In this document: in pieces, positions 37,200 through 46,101 of the stretch
How positions within the stretch are numbered: position 1 is the first letter of the stretch
Layout: each line of letters starts with the position of its first letter
Assembly: GCA_030429175.1 (NCBI GenBank)
Contig: JAUIDD010000004.1
Coordinates: forward strand, 26,349-90,348
Length of the DNA stretch: 64,000 nucleotides
Direction of reading: 5' to 3'
From: Gammaproteobacteria bacterium
Lineage (GTDB): Bacteria; Pseudomonadota; Gammaproteobacteria; Coxiellales; Coxiellaceae
Position numbers and translations under genes: made by a program
Notes under the pieces: model-generated
The model's database searches: none
What the model saw: the letters and a program-made list of their open reading frames with translations, nothing else
What the model was told of the DNA's origin: nothing

Positions 37200-38717
37200 A
37201 TGAACTGCCTAAAACAACTCGACATCAAAGACCTTAACTCCGGTGCTTGCTCAGGCATTGATAAGTGGGCCGAGATAGGCACACAACAAATCAGCTCAAT
37301 TAATCCATCGACCGGGGAGACAATTGCAAAGGTAGCGACTGTTAACAAAACACAGCTAGATTTCAATATAGATACGGCCATGCAAGCGGCAAAAAAATGG
37401 CGTGATGTACCTGCACCACAACGTGGTGAAATTATTCGTCAAATAGGTATCGCCCTGCGTGAACATAAAGATGCGCTTGGCACATTAGTTTCTCTTGAAA
37501 TGGGTAAATCAAAGCAAGAAGGTGATGGCGAAGTACAGGAAATGATTGATATTGCAGATTTTGCTGTAGGGCAGTCACGCATGCTGTATGGAAAAACTAT
37601 GCATTCAGAACGCCCATTTCACCGTATGTATGAGCAGTGGCACCCATATGGTGTAGTTGGGGTGATTTCAGCATTTAACTTTCCTGTAGCCGTATGGGCC
37701 TGGAATGCTTTTATCGCAGCAATTTGTGGTAATGTCACAATTTGGAAACCATCTGAGAAAACACCCCTATGCGCAATAGCCGTTCAGAATATCTGCAATG
37801 CTGTCCTCAAATCAAATCAGTGCCCAGATATTTTTTCTTTTTTTCTACCACATGATCATACCCTTGTTGAAAACTTTGTGCGTGATCCACGGATACCTTT
37901 AATTTCTTTCACAGGCTCAACACAAACAGGAAAACATATTTCAAAAATAGTAGCAGGCCGTTTGGGCAATTCAATTTTAGAACTGGGCGGCAATAATGCT
38001 GTGATTATCGATGAGTCTGCAGACTTATCGTTAGCACTTCCTGCAGTTGTATTTGGCGCTGTCGGTACAGCAGGCCAACGCTGTACCTCAACACGTCGCG
38101 TTTTTATTCATCATTCAATATATAATACATTTCTTGCTTCTTTAAAAAATGCATATCAACAAATTACCGTTGGTGACCCACTTAATGAAAATAATCTGAT
38201 GGGGCCCTTGATCGATCAAGGATCAGTACAAAATTTTGTTAGCACAATTGAGCAAGCGGTAGCGAGTGGAGGTAAAATCGAATCTGGCGGTAGCGCACTC
38301 AAAGGTGATGGATTTTACGTTGAGCCAACGATCATTACCGGCCTTTCGAATGAGTCTGCACTCATTCAAAAAGAAACGTTTGCACCTATTTTGTATGTCA
38401 TGCCATTCGACACCATGGATGAAGTACTCACCATACATAATGATGTTAAACAGGGTTTATCATCAGCCTTATTTACGCAAAATTTAAAAAGTGCTGAGTT
38501 ATTTTTATCTGCAAAAGGTAGTGATTGCGGCATCGCTAATATTAATATTGGCACTTCAGGTGCTGAAATTGGTGGCGCATTTGGCGGCGAAAAAGAAACT
38601 GGTGGCGGACGTGAATCGGGCTCAGACGCCTGGAAAGCCTATATGCGTCGGCAAACCAACACCATAAATTGGAGTGATGATCTGCCATTAGCACAGGGCA
38701 TAAAATTTAATTTATAA
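37200..38717 (+). CDS. ALDH7/antiquitin-type aldehyde dehydrogenase (piperideine-6-carboxylate / alpha-aminoadipic semialdehyde dehydrogenase-like)
   Basis: Contains [87 protein letters not shown] and GQRCTSTRR. This closely matches my recollection of ALDH7A1/AmaB. The start choice of 37200 (AAGGA RBS) is uncertain, with alternatives at 37107, 37167 and 37194. Confidence 0.85.
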   Translation: MNCLKQLDIKDLNSGACSGIDKWAEIGTQQISSINPSTGETIAKVATVNKTQLDFNIDTAMQAAKKWRDVPAPQRGEIIRQIGIALREHKDALGTLVSLEMGKSKQEGDGEVQEMIDIADFAVGQSRMLYGKTMHSERPFHRMYEQWHPYGVVGVISAFNFPVAVWAWNAFIAAICGNVTIWKPSEKTPLCAIAVQNICNAVLKSNQCPDIFSFFLPHDHTLVENFVRDPRIPLISFTGSTQTGKHISKIVAGRLGNSILELGGNNAVIIDESADLSLALPAVVFGAVGTAGQRCTSTRRVFIHHSIYNTFLASLKNAYQQITVGDPLNENNLMGPLIDQGSVQNFVSTIEQAVASGGKIESGGSALKGDGFYVEPTIITGLSNESALIQKETFAPILYVMPFDTMDEVLTIHNDVKQGLSSALFTQNLKSAELFLSAKGSDCGIANINIGTSGAEIGGAFGGEKETGGGRESGSDAWKAYMRRQTNTINWSDDLPLAQGIKFNL

Positions 38718-38731
38718 GCAAAAATTTTCGG

Positions 38732-39628
38732 TTACTGTAAATTTACTCCAGCTTTAGGCTCAGTTTGTGGGTTTTCATGACACTCGGCTATAATTTGCTT
38801 CAGTTGTGTAAGATGCTTTTCTTCTACTATTGATAAGTGAGATGTATTTGGAATTTCACACAATTGCATTTTCTGACGACTAAAGTTCCCCCAAGCATTC
38901 GCTGAACTTTTATCAGATTGCGCTGCTTTGATATAGAAGATACTTTCGACATCTTCATTAATATGAGAACTCAGCACTGCCCTCACAATACCTTCGATGG
39001 TATACTTAAACGCTTCCAATCTATCAATTGAGGCTTCTTTTTTGATAAGGCTTTTGATATCTAATGTTTCATAGACAAAATGCATCAAGTCCGGTAAGTG
39101 CATATCTATGTCAAAACCTTGTTTTTCTTCTATGGTGCTCAACTGTACTCTACTTGAAAAATATTTATTTAAGTTATCAAGATAAAACATTAAAGCTTGA
39201 CGATTTACCATCGCCACCTTGTCCTGCTCTTCGCGATAAACATTCGGGCAAGCACTATCAATCATAATAACTTGAGGAACAGACTTACCTAATGCTGACA
39301 TCTGCTTAGCAACCGCATATGCAATGGTACCACCAGCTGACCAGCCACCAATTAAACAAGGACCCTCTACAACTGATCTAATTTTTTGCACATACAAATT
39401 AGCTAGCCATTCAATTTTAAAGTTAGGCGTGTCAAATACACGCTTAACTTCATGATATGGAAATTCAATGCCATATATCTGTCTACTATCTACAGACAAT
39501 AATTTATCATAACAATCAATAGCACCACCACCTGGATGTATCAAAAATAAAGGCAAACAGTCAGGCTCTTGTAGATCTATGTCACCATTTATTAAAACAG
39601 GCATGGCTTTTTTATGATCACGAAACAT
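38732..39628 (-). CDS. stand-alone thioesterase (alpha/beta hydrolase), paralog of the TE domain of the A-T-TE protein
   Basis: Contains LFLIHPGGGAIDCY, GGWSAGG, MIDSACPNVYRE and IPNTSHLSI. Colinear with residues ~610-886 of the 31999-34659 product. Confidence 0.85.
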   Translation of the reverse strand: MFRDHKKAMPVLINGDIDLQEPDCLPLFLIHPGGGAIDCYDKLLSVDSRQIYGIEFPYHEVKRVFDTPNFKIEWLANLYVQKIRSVVEGPCLIGGWSAGGTIAYAVAKQMSALGKSVPQVIMIDSACPNVYREEQDKVAMVNRQALMFYLDNLNKYFSSRVQLSTIEEKQGFDIDMHLPDLMHFVYETLDIKSLIKKEASIDRLEAFKYTIEGIVRAVLSSHINEDVESIFYIKAAQSDKSSANAWGNFSRQKMQLCEIPNTSHLSIVEEKHLTQLKQIIAECHENPQTEPKAGVNLQ

Positions 39629-39663
39629 ATTTCTACCCTTATAGTTTTGTTGAAAAAATTAAA

Positions 39664-40449
39664 TTATAATGCGCCACATAAATTTCCCGCATCAACAACC
39701 ATCGCACTACCATTAATATAAGAAGACGCATCAGAAAGTAAAAACACAACCGTATCAGCTACTTCCTCGGGTGTACCAAGCCTACCGCCTGGAGAGCTTT
39801 CGATCAAATTTGCAAGCTTTTCTTCTGGTATATGATCTAAAATAGGTGTTTTTATGATGCCTGGGCAGACCGCATTTATACGAATATTATCTCGAGCATA
39901 CTCCACTGCAGCCGCACGTGTTAAACCAATAAGTGCATGCTTACTAGCTGTGTAAGCAATGGATCGACTGTTCGCCGTTTTTAAGCCTGCAATAGATGCA
40001 CAATTTACAATGGAACCAGATTTATTTTGGAACATATGATGCAATTGATGACGCATACAGTGCCATACTCCTTTTAAGTTAGTATCAAATATATCATCCC
40101 AATTTGCTTCGGATGAATCATGAAAACGCTGTCCATTTAAATAACTATCATTGCCTATCTTCCCAGCACAATTAAATGCACCATCAATTCTTTTATAGTC
40201 AGAAATTGATCTCATAAAAAAATCATCAATACTGCTCTTACACGTGATGTCTGCTTTATAAAAGGACGCTTTAACGTTAAATTTTTGCTTGAGCGTATCT
40301 GCTATTTCATTACCTTTCTGGATATTTCTACCGGCAATTATAATATTAGCCCCTTGCTTTGCTAATGCAAAAGCCGTTGCAGCACCTATACCCGAAGTAC
40401 CACCGATTATCATGATATTTTTGTTACTAAATTTCATTTCCATTTGCAA
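39664..40449 (-). CDS. short-chain dehydrogenase/reductase (SDR, FabG-like)
   Basis: Contains IIGGTSGIGAATA (TGxxxGxG), NCAG, the YTASKHAL catalytic Tyr-x3-Lys, and PGIIKTP. The start may be a few codons downstream (MKFSNK). Confidence 0.88.
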   Translation of the reverse strand: MQMEMKFSNKNIMIIGGTSGIGAATAFALAKQGANIIIAGRNIQKGNEIADTLKQKFNVKASFYKADITCKSSIDDFFMRSISDYKRIDGAFNCAGKIGNDSYLNGQRFHDSSEANWDDIFDTNLKGVWHCMRHQLHHMFQNKSGSIVNCASIAGLKTANSRSIAYTASKHALIGLTRAAAVEYARDNIRINAVCPGIIKTPILDHIPEEKLANLIESSPGGRLGTPEEVADTVVFLLSDASSYINGSAMVVDAGNLCGAL

Positions 40450-43400
40450 TCCTATCTAAAGCTTTTTCAATTTGATCTTGCGTATGCATAGCAGTTACAG
40501 ACGTTCTTATCAAGGATTTGTTTTTTGCATTCCATGGGGGGAGTGCTGGAAAAACATAAACTCCAGCATTATAAAAACGTTCATAGAGTTGTTTAGTATG
40601 ATCATCATCACGTGTCTTTATGGCAGTAATTGCCGATTCACTTTTGATTATATCAAAGCCTAGTTTTTCTAACCCATCACGCCACATTACAGTATTTGCC
40701 CGCAGGTTTTCAAACAAGCTGGGTGTATTCTTAATAACCTTAAATGCGTATGCTGCAATTCTTGCTTGTATAGGCGGTATTGCACCGGAAAATATGCTAC
40801 CGCCTTTCATTTGAACATTTTCAAATATGGCTTTATTAGTGGCAATATAGCCGCCAATACTGGGGATGGCCTTACTTAACGTACCAATACGAATATCTAT
40901 TGTACCCGGCATATTAAAATATGATTCTACCCCAGCACCATTAGCACCGAGCTGCCCTAATGAACAGGCTTCGTCAACCATAAGTAACGCCTGATACTTG
41001 TCTACTAAAAATTTTATTTCAGGTAATGCTAATATCGTTCCCTCCATACTATAGAGCCCTTCAGTAATAATGATTTTTTTACCTGTCGCATTTCTCAGGC
41101 GATGTAATTTTTTTTCTAAATGCGTCATGTCGTTATGCTTAAAGCTGTGAAAGTGTGCATGAGACAAAGAACAACCATCTATAATTGATTGGTGGCAAGC
41201 ACTATCAATAAAAATATGATCATGCGAATTAGCTAAAGTAGGTATTATAGAAATGTTAGCCATATAAGCAGAATTATATAACAATACTTCATTACAATTA
41301 TAAAGCTGCTTTATTTCATTAATTAAATCAACATGAAAACAAGTTTTCCCGTTAAGCTCCATAGCGCCATGCGAATTGATACTACAATCTTGATCTAGGT
41401 GATCTAATACTGCTTGACGAACGATAGAGTGTCTACCTAAACCCAAATAACTATTAGAACAAAAGTGATCTATTATTTTTTTATCTATTTTAATTTTAGT
41501 AGAAGAAATATATTCGATATGTTTATTCTTTAGAATTTTCCCTGCATGAACATCACCATTAGCAACCACAAAGGCATAGTTAGTATTTGAGTTATTCACT
41601 TGATCAATACTGTTGATGATTTCCAATATTGTTGGCATTTTAGAATTGTAAGTTAAGTTAATATTGTACTTTTTTCTAATTCTATTTAAAAATTCTATAT
41701 AGTTTAAAGAGGTAAATCCTAGCTGATTAAGAGTAGTTTTGTTATCAATCAAGTGAATAGGTATGCTTAAAATATCAGAAACCATACTAATGATACTTTC
41801 AGATATTGTGGATGCTTTCGTTTGATGCAATACTTTATTTCTACCAACATAGTCATGTGCATTAGACTTTAAGAGCTTATAGTCTACTTTTCCATTTTTA
41901 GTTAATGGTATCTTATCTTTGATGATAAAAACTCTAGGAATCATATATTTTGGTAAATGCTTCTCTAAAAAATGTCTAGCTTCCTTTTTAAATTTTTCAT
42001 TATCAGTTTCACCCCCTGATATATTCGCAACTAAAAAAGCGATTAATACATGCTCTTTTCTCTGAGTGAAGATAGCTAATGTAACAGCATCTTTTATCTT
42101 ATTAAATTGTATAAGTATGTTATCGATATGAGATAACTCTACTCTGTGACCATCAATTTTAATTTGACTATCGACTCTACCTAAGCACTGAGCACCAAAA
42201 TCACTTGAATAGACGCCTAAATCACCGGTCTTGTAGATAAAATCATCTTTTAATTGTGAAAAAGGGTTAGTTGAAAATGCATCATTACCTGGAGCATTAA
42301 GATAACCTTTAGCAATGTAAGGGCTTCTAACCCATATTTCTCCAACTTCACCAACATCACAAAGCTTTTTTGTTGCTTGATTTACAATTAAAATATCCAC
42401 ATCCTTCATGCCCTTGCCTATGGGCACTACACTTGGAATTTTCTGTAAATTTTGTGTCACATTAAAATAACTAACTGCTCTCTGAGTCTCAGTTGAGCCA
42501 TATAAATTGATCACATCAACATAAGGCGCTATATATTGCAAATCTTCGACTTGTTTTTTTAACAGGCTTGTACCAACAAAGAAGATTTTTCGTAACGTGT
42601 TAAGCTTTATGTTCTCTGAATTATATAAAGTTAGAAATTGGCACATAGGAGGTGTTAGACAACACACAGTAATTTTTTTATGGGCCATCCACTGGGGCAG
42701 TTGCCCTGGCGTAAAAATTGCCTGTTGACTAGGTATTACAATTGTACCGCCTAAACAAATAGCTGTAAAAATATCCCTCTGAATTGGATCATGTGACAGG
42801 TTTGAACACATAGCAAACCTGTCACTGCCATTGATGCCAAACTCTTTTTGCATCCACCCCTGAAAGTGACTAAGGGAGGAATGCCGCCCCATCACAGCTT
42901 TAGGAGTCCCATTGCTTCCAGAGGTAAAAGTTATTGTGGCAGTATCATCACCTGAGATTTTAGGAAAAATAGCATTTTCTTTGGCAACATGATGTAACTG
43001 TACTAAATTTGCTATATCAGTAATAGAATTTAAATTAAAAGTTAGTTTAAATACACGCTTAATAAGCAAATCAATTTCTAACTTTTTTTCTTTGTTAATA
43101 GTACAAGCCTCATGGCTTAGGTCAATCCATACAGATGGCTTGGCTTGTTTTATACAACTCTCAAGATACTCAACAGGGTCACTCGGATCCAAAAGAGAAA
43201 ACGTGGCACCTACTTTCAAAGTTGCTAGAATACTAATAACCAACAATGGTGTTCTACTAGCATAAATAAACACCGTACTATTTTTTTTTACTCCCTCTTG
43301 TAGTAGTACTATAGCAAAATCAGTCACTGCGTGGTTCAGATCATGATAACTTAGGCTCACTGTATCTGACTCAATCGCAATATCATTTGGATTAGCCCGC

Positions 43401-43534
43401 GCCATTTCTAACAAGATTTCCGACACCAGCTTATCTTCGCTTGGCTCACTGTGACACGGGAACGCCTCAGAAGGCAATGGTATGTTATTACAAGAAGACT
43501 TAAGGGTTTTTATATCTAAATTATATACGCTCAT
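40427..43534 (-). CDS. trifunctional adenylation - thiolation - PLP-dependent alpha-oxoamine synthase (AONS/SPT/KBL family) fusion protein
   Basis: The A cores are FTSGSNGTPKAV, NLSHDPIQRDIF, LYGSTETQ, YKTGDLG, GRVDSQIKIDGHRVELSHID and NGKVDY. The T site is LNQLGFTSLNYIEF. The AOS domain has FCSNSYLGLG, NGKTCFHVDL, SAYMAN, DSACHQSIIDG, TEGLYSMEG, VDEACSLG and GTLSKAIPSIGGY (PLP lysine). Confidence 0.9.
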   Translation of the reverse strand: MSVYNLDIKTLKSSCNNIPLPSEAFPCHSEPSEDKLVSEILLEMARANPNDIAIESDTVSLSYHDLNHAVTDFAIVLLQEGVKKNSTVFIYASRTPLLVISILATLKVGATFSLLDPSDPVEYLESCIKQAKPSVWIDLSHEACTINKEKKLEIDLLIKRVFKLTFNLNSITDIANLVQLHHVAKENAIFPKISGDDTATITFTSGSNGTPKAVMGRHSSLSHFQGWMQKEFGINGSDRFAMCSNLSHDPIQRDIFTAICLGGTIVIPSQQAIFTPGQLPQWMAHKKITVCCLTPPMCQFLTLYNSENIKLNTLRKIFFVGTSLLKKQVEDLQYIAPYVDVINLYGSTETQRAVSYFNVTQNLQKIPSVVPIGKGMKDVDILIVNQATKKLCDVGEVGEIWVRSPYIAKGYLNAPGNDAFSTNPFSQLKDDFIYKTGDLGVYSSDFGAQCLGRVDSQIKIDGHRVELSHIDNILIQFNKIKDAVTLAIFTQRKEHVLIAFLVANISGGETDNEKFKKEARHFLEKHLPKYMIPRVFIIKDKIPLTKNGKVDYKLLKSNAHDYVGRNKVLHQTKASTISESIISMVSDILSIPIHLIDNKTTLNQLGFTSLNYIEFLNRIRKKYNINLTYNSKMPTILEIINSIDQVNNSNTNYAFVVANGDVHAGKILKNKHIEYISSTKIKIDKKIIDHFCSNSYLGLGRHSIVRQAVLDHLDQDCSINSHGAMELNGKTCFHVDLINEIKQLYNCNEVLLYNSAYMANISIIPTLANSHDHIFIDSACHQSIIDGCSLSHAHFHSFKHNDMTHLEKKLHRLRNATGKKIIITEGLYSMEGTILALPEIKFLVDKYQALLMVDEACSLGQLGANGAGVESYFNMPGTIDIRIGTLSKAIPSIGGYIATNKAIFENVQMKGGSIFSGAIPPIQARIAAYAFKVIKNTPSLFENLRANTVMWRDGLEKLGFDIIKSESAITAIKTRDDDHTKQLYERFYNAGVYVFPALPPWNAKNKSLIRTSVTAMHTQDQIEKALDRIANGNEI

Positions 43535-44736
43535 TTTTGTCGTGCTCTTAGGGTCACATAGCTTTGGTCAAAATAGTTTTTTTGCTCATTATCAAAAATG
43601 AATTCAACCTGATCCTTGATGTTGCTAAGAGGTGTATCTTGTAACAAATCATTTTTGCTAAGATGTCTAAAGAAACTATGAAATAAATTTTTTATATTTT
43701 CTTTCTCAGATGTAGAATTATATTGGCTCATATTTGTGGGAATGTAATCTAGAAGCATATCAGGTAGCAAGGGTACAAACCCCTGTGTTCCGGAAATTTT
43801 ATAATTAAATGGTTTTGCACAGAGTACTTCAAATGTATATTTACTACCGAAAATATTTTCAAAGAACTCTTTGAACGCGTTATAAGGTAACTCAGCTTCG
43901 CCCGCCTGAGCAAAACTTGTTAGGCTGCCACATGCAATGCTGATTAAATGCTTCACAAATGACACTGTCAGTGGACTCTCATCATTGTTAACACATTGTG
44001 TTAGTAAGCCATCCCACGCCCACCTAAAACGCCAAAGCTTTGATCTAAGCCAAATCAACTGTTTGATTTCATCATAAAAAGGCTGCCACGCTGGGTTGTT
44101 TTCATTTTCGTACCAGCTACTTGGAAACAAGAGTATTTCAGAATACCAATCTTCAGCATGAAAAAGCTTATTTTGAACTAATGCTGAAGCCACGCAATCA
44201 AAATTTACACAACCATATTTTGTTAAGCCTCTATGAGAAATGCCTAGCTCATGGCAAATTTTTTTGCCAATACTCTCTTGATCTTCCTGACAATAAAGTA
44301 ATGATGTTTTAACCCCGGAATACCAATTCCAAATATGCGGAACCATACTTGAAAAAGTATCATCCCTATCATTGAGTCCAGTTAACTTCCCTGGTGATAG
44401 TATTGAAACAGGGAGATTCACCTTTGGATAGTCAAATGATACCTCTATGTGATTATGAGAACATAAATACATCGGAAAGAAGCGAATACCATTGAAAGCC
44501 TTCCTTACGAGCTTATCAGTATTTTTATCATCTAGCGGTACTAAATCGCCAGAAGCACTTGGAAAGCATAATACGCCATCATGAAGTATTTGTGACCCAT
44601 AAGAATATCGAGCTAGAAACAAGCTATGCTCATCTTGCAAAGGTAACTTGTCAACAATTCTTGCAAAGTCAGGATTTAATTTAGAAATACTATCTTTTGA
44701 TTCGCTCAAAGTTAGTTTTTTAATAGAAGAATGCAT
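43531..44736 (-). CDS. hypothetical protein (orphan ~401 aa), translationally coupled to the A-T-AOS gene
   Basis: An AGGAG RBS precedes the ATG at 44736 (MHSSIKKLTL). The stop overlaps the start of the downstream gene (ATGA). It is Trp-rich, with no TM segment and no recognisable motif. Confidence 0.65.
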   Translation of the reverse strand: MHSSIKKLTLSESKDSISKLNPDFARIVDKLPLQDEHSLFLARYSYGSQILHDGVLCFPSASGDLVPLDDKNTDKLVRKAFNGIRFFPMYLCSHNHIEVSFDYPKVNLPVSILSPGKLTGLNDRDDTFSSMVPHIWNWYSGVKTSLLYCQEDQESIGKKICHELGISHRGLTKYGCVNFDCVASALVQNKLFHAEDWYSEILLFPSSWYENENNPAWQPFYDEIKQLIWLRSKLWRFRWAWDGLLTQCVNNDESPLTVSFVKHLISIACGSLTSFAQAGEAELPYNAFKEFFENIFGSKYTFEVLCAKPFNYKISGTQGFVPLLPDMLLDYIPTNMSQYNSTSEKENIKNLFHSFFRHLSKNDLLQDTPLSNIKDQVEFIFDNEQKNYFDQSYVTLRARQK

Positions 44737-44968
44737 ATTATCTCCTGCTAATTGCAATACCCAATTTTCCAAAATTGTTAAGTTTATCTGGTTCCAACTA
44801 AATTTCAATACAATATCATAGGAGTTTCTCACTTTTAAAGTGCGAAACTCCTTGTATCACTAAAAAGACCATTCCCTCATAGCTACTAAATAAACCCGTA
44901 TGTGTATATTTTTTATTGTTTATTTGATAGTGTAGACACCTCAAAGCAATTTAATAGGATAATAAATA

Positions 44969-46066
44969 ATGGACAAATACCCCGTAATGGCTCAAGTTAA
45001 GCAAAATGATACTGTTATTGATATCACACAAGAAAAAAATAAAAACATCAAAGTCAGATTATTATTAGCTGGAACTTGTTTTATAACATATTTTTCTGTC
45101 ACACAAATAGGTGGGGAAGGGATTGAAAAACTATTTAATTTATCTCATGATTCTTCCTTTGGCCCTATTTTAGCTGTTGGCGTATTAGCAAGTCTAACAG
45201 CTGGCGGGTTCTATTTTCGTGCATTAAATGGAATAAAGTTAAAACCACAGAAAGCTAATGAATATTATTTACTGCCATTTACACCATTTGCAGCAGCACC
45301 AATCTTTACTGGCGCTTACCTTGGTGCAAAAACCCTTGGGCTACCTAAATCATTGTGCATAATAAATGCCCTCATTTCTTTTATGATTAGATTTTCAGTC
45401 GTATGGGATGGCGCGATCAAGTGCCCTACAAAATTAAAAGACATGAAATGCAGCTTTAACAATGCATATATTAGTCGAAATATACCAAATCTCATACGCT
45501 TAACTGCAGCATGTCTGCTCACATTAGGGTATTCAGTGAGTCTTTCAGATGCAATCTATGAGGCAAGCGCTCTTATGCTTTCTTGGGCACATGTCTCTGA
45601 ATCAATTATCCTCCCTTTTGCTTATACGACAAGCGGACTTGGTATTGTTGGAACGATACCTTACATTTTATATTGGTTAAGCTTAGGACTCGATATGCTC
45701 ACTAATGGGAAAAACTTTAATGATTCCATCACTGACCGCTACACTTACATAGCCGCAGTTATGTCAATCCCAAGTATCATTGGCATTCTCGGTACTGCAA
45801 CATCAGCTTCTGGAGAAGTTTTTGCAAAACTCGGCCTAACAGCTGCAATTATTCGTTTTATTACATCTGTTAGCTATGGAATTGTAGTTAATACAATCGC
45901 GTTTTCAGGCGTCATACGAAAAGCTACTCAACGACACTACAATCCTGGCATTTTCTCGGCGCAGGGCTCGAGCACAAAAGTAGAATACGAACCTTTTCTT
46001 ATCAATGACCCTGAAAAAGATCCAGATGATGTAATACCTAACTCAAACTCTTATGGTACACTTTAA
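44969..46066 (+). CDS. polytopic membrane protein, hypothetical
   Basis: 365 aa with about 8-9 hydrophobic segments and a hydrophilic acidic C-terminal tail. No family recognised. Confidence 0.6.
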   Translation: MDKYPVMAQVKQNDTVIDITQEKNKNIKVRLLLAGTCFITYFSVTQIGGEGIEKLFNLSHDSSFGPILAVGVLASLTAGGFYFRALNGIKLKPQKANEYYLLPFTPFAAAPIFTGAYLGAKTLGLPKSLCIINALISFMIRFSVVWDGAIKCPTKLKDMKCSFNNAYISRNIPNLIRLTAACLLTLGYSVSLSDAIYEASALMLSWAHVSESIILPFAYTTSGLGIVGTIPYILYWLSLGLDMLTNGKNFNDSITDRYTYIAAVMSIPSIIGILGTATSASGEVFAKLGLTAAIIRFITSVSYGIVVNTIAFSGVIRKATQRHYNPGIFSAQGSSTKVEYEPFLINDPEKDPDDVIPNSNSYGTL

Positions 46067-46101
46067 TAAGTTTTCGAAAGGAAAAATTCATCAAAAACTT
46101 A

